Position numbers and translations under genes: made by a program. A DNA stretch of 61,106 nucleotides, counting the filler, from Basidiobolus meristosporus CBS 931.73 (taxonomy: Eukaryota > Fungi > Basidiobolomycota), in assembly GCA_002104905.1 (NCBI GenBank). It is 5 parts of 5 records of this genome, joined end to end, with 100 filler letters (N's around TTAATTAATTAA, not from the genome) between each part and the next. Parts side by side here need not be neighbours in the genome. Positions count along the whole stretch, not along the records: positions 35,998 to 46,951 come from MCFE01001289.1; positions 47,052 to 56,816 come from MCFE01001317.1; 3 more parts are not named here. The stretch is one strand, 5' to 3'. The notes under the pieces were generated by a model. That model did not search any database. It saw nothing but the letters and a program-made list of their open reading frames with translations, and was not told the origin of the DNA. Positions 39,697 to 48,401 of this stretch are shown in pieces (position 1 is the first letter of the stretch; every line of letters begins with the position of its first letter).

Positions 39697-42465
39697 CTAC
39701 TGTTGTAGCTTTGATACAAGAGTGTGTAGCTGAGGGGAATTTGTAGGTAAGTTAATAAGAAGTGATGATAGTTCTTCAGTGCTCAAGACACTGTTCAGTG
39801 GGAAGGGGGGTAGCAAGAGAGGTAAGAATGACTTGTGAACAACATTAATGAGGGGAATGTGATAAGGATTGATATTCATCATAAAGGGAGTGTGCTGCTG
39901 CAGATATTGCTGCCAAAGGTCTGTCAAGTACTTCAGGTAGGCCAGCTTGGGTTTTTCTGACTGCAGAATATAGTGAGCAAACTTCTTGACTTCAGGATCT
40001 CCAAGTATAGTTCTCCAGCAGGAGCCAGGTGTTGTGTGGTGTGTTCTCTTCCAGGCCTTAATCAGTGGGTTGTTGCAGTTGTGAAGTCTGAGGTATAATC
40101 TGGTTCTAAGGTAGAGAAGTCTGATCTTATAGGGCATAAACCCAAAAGCACCAAGAATAGCATGTCTGTAGGGGCATTCAGGCAAATGAGGCACCAAGGA
40201 GGTAATGCACCATACTGCAAACTTGTCAAGCTTAGTGCAGTCTCTAGAAGTAAGCGAGAGAAGTGGTAAGCCAAATTCCAGGACAGGGAAGACAAACTGC
40301 TTGAGTAGAAGGAGGCAGCTGGGAGCTGAGGTTGTAGGAGGAGTAACAGCCAGTAGCTTGTGGAGTGCCTGTCTTGCCAGGATAATTCTCTTCTTCAGGT
40401 GTGCTCCAGAGTCTAGTCCAGTAGGAAGGAAAGGAAAGCCAAGATATGTAGCAGAAACCTGAGCAGGTAGAGTGGAGTTCTCCAAGTTGATGGGAGAGCC
40501 CAAAGGTACTGTCTTTGCAATGGAAAGCTGGAGATTATTCTTCTGCAGATACTGGTGGATGGTCTGGGAGTCTTGTTGCACATTGGAGGAGGATATTCTG
40601 ATGTCATCAGCAAAGAGAGTAACCAGGCAGTCAGCTGAGAGTCTTGGGAAATCATTCAGGAAGATGGCAAACAGTATAGGACCAAGCACAGAGCCTTGAA
40701 CCACTCCATTAGGAACTGAGAACACAGCTGATTGCTCACTTGGGTGCAGAATTCTTGCTTGTGGATCCAGAAACAGAGACCTGACAAGGAGGGTGAGAGA
40801 GGTACTGGAGAAGCATTGCAACTTGGACCAAAGCAGATTTCTGTCAACTGAATCAAAGGCCTTAGTAATATCAAACAGAACAGAGGGATACTTGCACTGG
40901 AGAGAGTGATCTTGGCTAAGTATGACTGCATATTCCAAGGAGAGGCCAGGAACAAAGCCAAACTGTGCAGGATGAAACTTGAGGGAGTCAGAGTAGAGCT
41001 CCTGAGCAAGCAGAAGCTCAAACACCTTTCTGCAGGTGGGCAGCAGAGATATTGGCCTGTAGGAGCTAGGATCCAGGTGCTTTCCTTTACCCTTGTACAG
41101 TGGCAGAACATTTGCAAAGGACCATTCCTCAGGAGTAGAAAGCTGGGCTGAGCATTGCTGAAACAGTGGAAGCAGAAGTGCAGACATGGCCTTGGTACTA
41201 GTCTTCAGAAGCTCATAGGAGATTGTGTCCACACCTGGAGCAGTAGAGTTGGGAAGCCTCTTGAGCACATTATGGATTCTCCTTTGATCAAGTGCAAGTG
41301 GGATGGGCAGAGTCTTGAAGTCAGGATGAAAGCCAGGAGTTGAGTACTGCTTTGTAGAGAAGAAGATGTTAGCCAGCTGTTCTGTTGAAGGTAACTTCCT
41401 GGAAGAGGGCCTCATTGCCCTGTAGAGTCTTGATACTGTTCTTGTTATAGAGTTGGAAGATTGCAGAGGCAAAGAACTCATAATATGATCCCAGAGCTGA
41501 GTATGCAGAGTGTGGTGAATTGCCTTGGAGTGGTGTATTGCTGTCAGGAGGAGTTTCTCTGTTTTTGGGTTAGGGAAACTCAGGTAGCTTTGTTGCAGGG
41601 CTGAAACAATGGATTCCCATTTTCTTGAGGTAACAGCAGTAGTCTTGCATGGCAGTGAGAGGGAGGCAGACACCAGAATCAGATGCTTCACAAAGAGCCA
41701 GGCAAAGTTGAGATCATCTGGCAGAGAAAGTAGCAAACTGGCAAGCTTCAAGTAGTTCCCAAAGTCTTTCTTCTGATTCTTGGTAGCTTTGTGGGTGAGC
41801 ACAGTAAGTTTTGGCAGCTTTTTCTTCACAACTGGTTGCATAGAAAGGGACCAGGCTGGGTGGTCAGAGGCTCTCAAGGATCCTAGCTCAGCTCCAGAGA
41901 ATTGCTTAACTTCATTCACAAAGTAGAGGGCAGCAGCAGAAGGGCAGATCCAGTCAACACATCTTTTCTCAGATTGAGCACCTAGTGCTAGCAGGTGGCT
42001 TTCTCTCAGGAAGTTCAGTAGGAATGTAGACCTTGGCTTCATTCTTGCAGTCAGAGTAGTCTTGTTCTCAGGATGGGGAATGTTGAGATCTCCAAGCAAG
42101 ATAACAGGTGTTGATATAGATTGTTGGTATTGCTGAACCTTCTGGCATATAACTTGCACTTCCTGAAGGGCAAGACTTGGAGGCAGATAGCAGAGCACCA
42201 GACTGATAGTTGGCAACTGGAGAGCAGCACAGTAAGGGGAGTAAAGAGGAACACAGAGCTGAGGAGTATTGATGGTAGAAGAGATGAAGCAGATAGAGGA
42301 GGTATTCTTTGTTCTAGGAGTAGAAAAGCAATATAGATTAGTCAAAAGTATAGAGGGTAGCTGGACATCAATCAAACACAGGAGGGAAAATCTTGAAAGA
42401 AGTCTCTCTAGAGTTGGTCTTGATGGCTGTATGCTGTTGCAGTTAAGCAACAGAACTTCAGGTAG
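39697..42465 (-). CDS. LINE ORF2: AP-endonuclease plus reverse transcriptase (no ATG at the 5' end; in frame with ORF1)
   Basis: EN motifs NCN, YLPP, ILLGDLN, VDW and SDH. RT motifs APGVDTI, YRPISLL, QFGF, FDITKAFDSV, GVVQGSVLGPILF, LFADD and YLG. The track's 'M' at 42450 is a TTG. Confidence 0.93.
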   Translation of the reverse strand, partial: LPEVLLLNCNSIQPSRPTLERLLSRFSLLCLIDVQLPSILLTNLYCFSTPRTKNTSSICFISSTINTPQLCVPLYSPYCAALQLPTISLVLCYLPPSLALQEVQVICQKVQQYQQSISTPVILLGDLNIPHPENKTTLTARMKPRSTFLLNFLRESHLLALGAQSEKRCVDWICPSAAALYFVNEVKQFSGAELGSLRASDHPAWSLSMQPVVKKKLPKLTVLTHKATKNQKKDFGNYLKLASLLLSLPDDLNFAWLFVKHLILVSASLSLPCKTTAVTSRKWESIVSALQQSYLSFPNPKTEKLLLTAIHHSKAIHHTLHTQLWDHIMSSLPLQSSNSITRTVSRLYRAMRPSSRKLPSTEQLANIFFSTKQYSTPGFHPDFKTLPIPLALDQRRIHNVLKRLPNSTAPGVDTISYELLKTSTKAMSALLLPLFQQCSAQLSTPEEWSFANVLPLYKGKGKHLDPSSYRPISLLPTCRKVFELLLAQELYSDSLKFHPAQFGFVPGLSLEYAVILSQDHSLQCKYPSVLFDITKAFDSVDRNLLWSKLQCFSSTSLTLLVRSLFLDPQARILHPSEQSAVFSVPNGVVQGSVLGPILFAIFLNDFPRLSADCLVTLFADDIRISSSNVQQDSQTIHQYLQKNNLQLSIAKTVPLGSPINLENSTLPAQVSATYLGFPFLPTGLDSGAHLKKRIILARQALHKLLAVTPPTTSAPSCLLLLKQFVFPVLEFGLPLLSLTSRDCTKLDKFAVWCITSLVPHLPECPYRHAILGAFGFMPYKIRLLYLRTRLYLRLHNCNNPLIKAWKRTHHTTPGSCWRTILGDPEVKKFAHYILQSEKPKLAYLKYLTDLWQQYLQQHTPFMMNINPYHIPLINVVHKSFLPLLLPPFPLNSVLSTEELSSLLINLPTNSPQLHTLVSKLQQ

Positions 42466-43989
42466 TCAGGCAGAGGTTGTAGCTTCTTCAGAGGCAGCAT
42501 TGATAATGTGACCTGCAGAGTCCCAGAGCTCTTCAAATGGTGCATCACTTAAGTCAGCAAGGAGGGAAATGGCATGATTCTTGAGGAAGTATGCCACATC
42601 ATAGGAGGGGGCTTGTCTCTTGATGGCAGCAAAGAAAGACAGAATGGCAACATGGGCTGGAGGCTTGTTGAACAGTAGAGAGTCAGAGGATTCAGATTCT
42701 TCAGGCACTATCTTGAAGTCAGTTTTCAGCCAGTTAAGGTTCTTCTCCACAAAGGCAACAAATGGGTCAGCAATGTTTTGGTCTAGGATAACCTCCAGAA
42801 TCTTCCCTTTTCTCCAGGCCAGGTTGACAATTCTTGAGAGCTGAATATTGCATGCCTTGAGTGCTTTCCTGATGTTGGAAATGGGAGTCCAGGGAACTTG
42901 CTTCAAGTACACCACAGTCCAGGTAGAAGCTGGTGGTAGGTTTGCTGGGGGCTTGTAAGTCCTTCTGTGTTGCAATGGAGCTGCAGTAGTCAGATTGGAG
43001 TCCACATTCTCAGTAGAAGGTTTTCTTGATGTGTCTTGCTGAATAGTACTGGAGCTGGATGTGCTGATAATTCTTGCTAGAACCTTGCCTGCATAAGTCT
43101 GAGGTATAGCTGAGGTGACTGTAGAGGTGGTGGCAGCTGGTGCAGGTGGAGAGGCAGAGACTGAAGCAGGAACTGAGGTCACCTGGGAGAAGGCAGTGGA
43201 AGCAGGTTTTCTGGGAGGAACAGAGTTCACTATCCAGTTGTTCTGTAAAACACTGGAGTAGCTTTTCTGTGGAACAGGATCTTGCTCTTGAACAGGAACA
43301 GAAGCAGGAGGCTGGGGCTGAGCAGTAGTGGTAAGGCAGTGGCACTCCAAGGAAGCTTTTTGCAAGGCATCTCTGGCAGTTTTCAGGGCAGTATTGGCTT
43401 CATTCTTGAGCTTCTTGCATTGGGCATCCAGTCTCTTGTTTTCAATAGCCAGGGCAGTATTGGCAGCCTCTAAATCAGCAATTCTCTTCTCAATTGCAAG
43501 GAATCTCTGAAGAAATGCATCAGTAGAAGTGCTGGCATCTGGGAGAGCAGTGGCAGGAATAGAGTCCATTGACAGTGGGCTTCTTGGAGGCAAGGAAAGT
43601 GGACTGGCAGATTCAGGCACAAAAGGAGATATCCTGGCAGGAGGAGAAGGAGTATCCAAGGCAGTAACAGAGGCAATTCTTGTTGGTGAAGCAGCAGCAG
43701 GGGAGGCAAGCCTGTTCAGAAACTGGGCAGGAGAGAGTGCTTGAGGAGAGGGAGTCTTCAGCTTGCCAAGCATGTCTTCCATCAGAGTGATACCAATATT
43801 CCTGGTGCATTTGCAGAGAAAAGTAAGCTTCCTGAGTCTGCCAGCTCTTCCATTCCTTCTGATAGTTCCTTTGTTTCCACAGTTGGGGCAAGAAATCTTC
43901 TTGACAGACTTGTCAAAGCAATCAAGAACCTTCCTTTCAGGTGTAGTGGGCTCCTGTTGAGGTTTGGTGGCATATCCAGAGTTCAGCTC
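42466..43989 (-). CDS. LINE ORF1 (>=507 aa): N-terminal Cys4 zinc ribbon, coiled coil, Pro/Ser/Ala linker, conserved C-terminal domain
   Basis: I translated upstream of the 43782 ATG by hand. The frame stays open to the TTAGGG junction and reads ...KKISCPNCGNKGTIRRNGRAGRLRKLTFLCKCTRNIGITLMEDML. Coiled coil FLAIEKRIADLEAANTALAIENKRLDAQCKKLK. Confidence 0.85.
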   Translation of the reverse strand, partial: ELNSGYATKPQQEPTTPERKVLDCFDKSVKKISCPNCGNKGTIRRNGRAGRLRKLTFLCKCTRNIGITLMEDMLGKLKTPSPQALSPAQFLNRLASPAAASPTRIASVTALDTPSPPARISPFVPESASPLSLPPRSPLSMDSIPATALPDASTSTDAFLQRFLAIEKRIADLEAANTALAIENKRLDAQCKKLKNEANTALKTARDALQKASLECHCLTTTAQPQPPASVPVQEQDPVPQKSYSSVLQNNWIVNSVPPRKPASTAFSQVTSVPASVSASPPAPAATTSTVTSAIPQTYAGKVLARIISTSSSSTIQQDTSRKPSTENVDSNLTTAAPLQHRRTYKPPANLPPASTWTVVYLKQVPWTPISNIRKALKACNIQLSRIVNLAWRKGKILEVILDQNIADPFVAFVEKNLNWLKTDFKIVPEESESSDSLLFNKPPAHVAILSFFAAIKRQAPSYDVAYFLKNHAISLLADLSDAPFEELWDSAGHIINAASEEATTSA

Positions 43990-43990
43990 A

Positions 43991-44536
43991 TTAGGGTTAG
44001 GGGAGGGTTAGGGAGGGGGAGGAAAGTCACCAAGTGGTGAAATCTTTATTTACTTATGACAAGTATCTAAAGAAGCCAAGTTAATCTGAAGTTATTCCTA
44101 GAAAGCTAGGTCTGAGAGATATCTTCCTGGTAAGCCAGGTCTGAGAGTTGAGAAGCTGAGTGGTACTATAGTTCCTAGTTAGCTAGGTCTGAGAGTGGTT
44201 TCCTGGAAAGCCAGGCCTGAGAAGTGAGAATCTGAATATATCTGAGCTAAGTTATACTGGTTTGCGATAGCTGAATTGTGGCCGGAATGGCCAGTAGACT
44301 GGGGGAACTGAGAGGAATTTCTGGGCGATCACTGGCCAAATTTACTAGGCAAATCTGGCCAATTAGCATTTCAAGGATTTCAGCCAATCAGAGCCTTTAC
44401 TTTGCCCGATGGTTGATCAAGCCATCTCCCAATGAGCACACATCAATTTATTAATCAAATTTTGCTGGATCCAGGATTTGAACCCACAACCATGGGTATG
44501 GAAGGGTTAGGGATAACCACAAGTCTAAGTGTTCTT
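43991..44536 (-). mobile_element. Non-coding SINE-like element sharing the LINE 3' end, with a tRNA-like (A-box/B-box) head
   Basis: Shared AATAAAGATTTCACC-ACTT-GGTGAC end plus CCCTAA tail. Minus-strand head TAGACTTGTGG (44517-44527)...GGTTCAAATCC (44474-44484) at tRNA spacing. Internal ~55-bp duplication. No ORF. Confidence 0.6.
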
Positions 44537-44760
44537 GGTTAGGGGGGAGGAAAGTCACCAAGTGGTGAAATCTTTATTTACTTATGACAAGTATCTAAAG
44601 AAGCCAAGTTAATCAGAAGTAATTCCTAGAAAGCTAGGTCTGAGAGAGGTTTCCTGGAAAGCCAGGCCTGAGATGTGAGAATCTGAATATATCTGAGCTA
44701 AGTTATACTGGTTTGCGGTAGCTGAATTGTGGCCGGAATGGCCAGTAGACTGGGGGAACT
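44537..44760 (-). mobile_element. 5'-truncated second copy of the SINE-like element, followed by TTAGGG
   Basis: Near-identical to ~44005-44311 minus one internal repeat. Breaks at gactgggggaact, then ttagggt (44760-44766). Confidence 0.85.
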
Positions 44761-45394
44761 TAGGGTGTAGGTGTTATAGTAAGGGCTAGAAAAAGGTTAG
44801 AAGAGCAGGGGGTCTGGGGGACGCAGTCCCCTAGAGAATAAAAAAGCAGGGGGTTTGGGGGATGCAATCCCCCATACTGCTCTTATACTCTTTAAATTCC
44901 CGTTGGATTACTTTTCTCTCATTCTTGGTTCTGGTCCCTTAGGGTTAGAATTCCTCCTCCTAACCCTTATCACCCTAACCATAAATATTTTTACCCTACA
45001 ATTGGCACATTGTCTGCTCATATGGTGGGCATGTCTGGGCCAATATTTGTCTCCCTATACTGTCCATATGCTCTGTATAAGTCTTGATGACTATTTAATT
45101 AATAAATTGTTATTTTTAATATATATCTAATAATTAATGGGATTCATCCCAATCTGACCACAATCCCATATTTTGATAAGCTTCGGGCACCATAAATTGC
45201 GCGGCCCTAATATGATAAAAAAATTCATGGCCAATACAAATTTTCTGTAACCTGATTGCTTTTACCAAATATAAAGTGTATCCAAAAGTTCAATATATAT
45301 TATGGCTATAATAGAAACTTTATTGGACACCATCGCAACTACTACTTATGTTCTATGCGCACATGTATCCCGCGGGAATTGTAAAACTTAGCCA

Positions 45395-46102
45395 CGTGGT
45401 ACAAAAGTGCTTTAATTTTTCATCATGATAGTTTTACATGAGTTACTAACGCACTTTGAAAGTACGCAGTAGCCATACCCCAACAGGTTTTAAGGATGTC
45501 CACTAGCTACGTCTACTTGTGTCTAGCGGGAGCCATCAATCATCAGCCGCGCAATACTGAAATGCTTTTATTTTTCATCATGCTAGTTTTGTATGAATCC
45601 CTAACGCACTTTCATAGTGCGCGGTAACCATACCCCAACAGGTTTTAAGGATACCCACTTGCTACGTTTACTTGTGTCTAGCGGGAGTCATCAATCATCA
45701 GCCGCGCGGTAAAAAAGTGCTTTTATTTTTCATCATGATAGTTTTACATGAGTCCCTAATGCACTTTTATAGTGCGCGGTAACCATACCCCAACAGGTTT
45801 TAAGGATACCCACTTGCTACGTTTACTTGTGTCTAGCGGGAGTTATCAATCATCAGCCGCGCGGTAATAAAGTGCTTTTATTTTTCATCATGATAGTTTT
45901 ACATGAGTCCTTAACGCACTTTCATAGTGCGCGGTAACCATACCCCAACAGGTTTTAAGGATACCCACTTGCTACGTTTACTTGTGTCTAGCGGGAGTTA
46001 TCAATCATCAGCCGCGCGGTAATAAAGTGCTTTTATTTTTCATCATGATAGTTTTACATGAGTCCCTAACGCACTTTTATAGTGCGCGGTAACCATACCC
46101 CC
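45395..46102. repeat. 155-bp tandem repeat, ~4.6 copies, CpG-rich
   Basis: Anchor catcatg recurs at 45421, 45576, 45731, 45886 and 46041 (period exactly 155). Degenerate partial units lie on both sides. Confidence 0.95.
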
Positions 46103-47051
46103 AGAAAGTAGTGTGGATGCTTACTTTAAACGCTCACTTGTGTATTGTACGGAATATCAACAAACAGCCGCGTGGGAATGGAACATCATAGAAAAGCATT
46201 GCTTTGTTGTTAGCAAGTATTGATGCGCAAATAGTGGTACTATGTGAATTATTGAGTAACTATTTACTCTAGTTGGTTCCAAGATATTCCTAGACAATAT
46301 GCTCAAAATCAATATTAGCATCAATAGCTTGCTCTTTGATCACTAAACCACCGCACCCAATATGCGGTGGCCTTGGTTTTGTCTAGCCGTCGAGGAATGA
46401 AACCAGAGTACAGTCACAAGAGAGGCAAAAGTGAAATGTGATGAAGTAAGTGTATATGAAAGTAATATAAATCTACAGGACAGAAGAGAACAACTAGTAG
46501 TTAAACAGCACTCACTGACACTCCACCGAGTAGAGCACCAACACGGACAATAAACAAGTCATGAGGGGAAAGCTTAAGGACCGCTACTCGGGGATCAAGA
46601 CCAAAAGAGGAAGCTGCCTCTACCATAGCAGTCCTCGCGCTCCAAAGGAAGACCAAGAGTCTATTATAGACAAAGATTGCGGCGAGAAGAGCAGTACAAT
46701 TACCAGTTCTGGTAGTGGTACCTTTGGAAGTCCCGAATACCTGGAGAAAACTCGGAAAAAATTGGCAGATGACTCAGTTGTCCTGAGGAGAAAACGAACC
46801 AATGCGATTGAGCAGTTCCGAAAACGAACTTCAGCTTAGTTCTTCTTTGCCTCACTATAAAGTACTCCAAGTGGCTTATTTTGATTATAAGCGTATGAAG
46901 GAGAATCAGGCAGAGACTGATAAATTAAGTGATAGTCAATTGCATCACTTCNNNNNNNNNNNNNNNNNNNNNNNNNNNNNNNNNNNNNNNNNNNNTTAAT
47001 TAATTAANNNNNNNNNNNNNNNNNNNNNNNNNNNNNNNNNNNNNNNNNNNN

Positions 47052-47640
47052 AGCAGAGTGCATTACCTATAAGGTGTAGTTTGAGCCTCTTGGACAGGTC
47101 CAGGTAGCCCAGGGTGGAGGGGTATTTCGAGGCACGATCCTGTGGCTTTTTCACGAATTTGGGAGGCTGAGGTTGTTGACCGTAGTCACAGGGGGCAGGG
47201 AGCTTCGGGGGTAGGGAAATCATGTAGGATTGGTGTGGACAACTGAGAGCGGCGACCCGGCGGTCACAAGCAGATTTATATCGATGGCGTTGTTCGTGTC
47301 CAACGCGGGAAGTTCAGAATCTCGGGATCCATCTTGATGACAGCGCGTCCCTTGATCGATTGAGTATTTTTGCTTTGTCCTTGGCCCCGCTGGCCAATGG
47401 CCGTTCGTGAGAGGCTTGTGAGACATCAAGCATACCAAGGTGCAAGCCTGAGTGTGAATGATCTGGTGTGAGGAACAATCCATTGTGTGCCAATCGGAAT
47501 TCCAAATGTTTCAGCAGTTTATCATCGGATTCGTCAGCCTTCAACACACATACCCCGCGCCAAGTTGGCTCCATGTTTCAAGTCGGTGGGCAAATGACCA
47601 TTGACGGGATGCTGATCAGCATGGATCAATCCAGTGAATG
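47052..47640 (-). CDS. Fragment of an unidentified host gene, probably intron-containing, cut by a linker
   Basis: Normal CpG content. Open frame ...DKSACDRRVAALSCPHQSYMISLPPKLPAPCDYGQQPQPPKFVKKPQDRASKYPSTLGYLDL, with GTATG-type donor sites upstream. Family not recognised. Confidence 0.35.
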
Positions 47641-48401
47641 GTGTGGGGATACGGTAATGTGCTAGTGTCGATTCCTTGGCCATTACACAACGAGCGCTCT
47701 GGCTATGTTGTGTTCGGTGTCAACAGAGATCCAGTCATCACATGCTTGCGGTGCCAATACCCTGCTATTATACTCCCTTGACATGCTCAAGTTGATCTTG
47801 TCAACAGCGACAGGGCTAGAACACCAATAACAAGTCAATCATTGGTCTAGGTAACCTTGCTGGTTACTTCATCCAAAGCTGACTTGAATTCATGTGCTCT
47901 GTCTCTAATTGGAGGATTTCCACCGTTAAAATCTCATTGATTATCATGGATTTGTCACCTCGCTGATATTCATGACGATCGCACCAAATCTACTGTGGAA
48001 TGCGATTTTTTTATTGAGAAAGTGGGCTTGGCTGGGATAGGTAGCTTATTCTTAACGCACAGTAACGTAAAACGCTTATTGCATGTTGAATTGGCTCTAG
48101 GCTACAGTATCACAACTAATACGCTAATGCTCCTACATAGTCGCACCTCCTCTGCGAAATATAGAGGTACACAGGAAATGATGCAACCGCTCGAAAACCA
48201 CTGATGTAGAGGTTCGACTGTTCAGTGGTGTTGTGGTTTATTTCGCAGTATCGCTTGAGGAATCCGCCAACTCGCGCTTTTTCTTTTCTTCGGGGGTCTG
48301 TTTGTGAAGGAGGTAGCCTAAAAGTGCTGGAGTTAGGTGCTAGCTGTGTTTTGGTCGAGGGGAGTAAAAGCTAACCTGCGCCTATCCCAAATCCTGAGAG
48401 T

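Larger units (their letters stand above)
39629..43990 (-). mobile_element. APE-type non-LTR retrotransposon (LINE), 5'-truncated, bounded by TTAGGG tracts
   Basis: (TTAGGG)2 at 39629-39640 at the 3' end; two intact ORFs; next TTAGGG tract begins at 43991; no TSD or poly(A) tail. Confidence 0.95.

Noticed and set aside
39990-43960. Numerous plus-strand and alternate-frame ORFs over the LINE (also over the chromovirus and G2 pol)
   Set aside because: These are shadow ORFs of long coding frames with no recognisable motifs.
38575-44760. Penelope-like (Coprina/Athena) identity or hammerhead ribozyme in the shared terminus
   Set aside because: ORF2 has clear APE and LINE-type RT motifs, and I found no CTGATGA...GAAA hammerhead core in the termini.
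45395-46102. Possible CRISPR array
   Set aside because: Whole 155-bp units repeat with no unique spacers, there are no cas genes, and the context is eukaryotic.
46561-46951. ORFs at the contig end (MRGKLKDRYSG...)
   Set aside because: Short, no recognisable domain, and cut by a linker.
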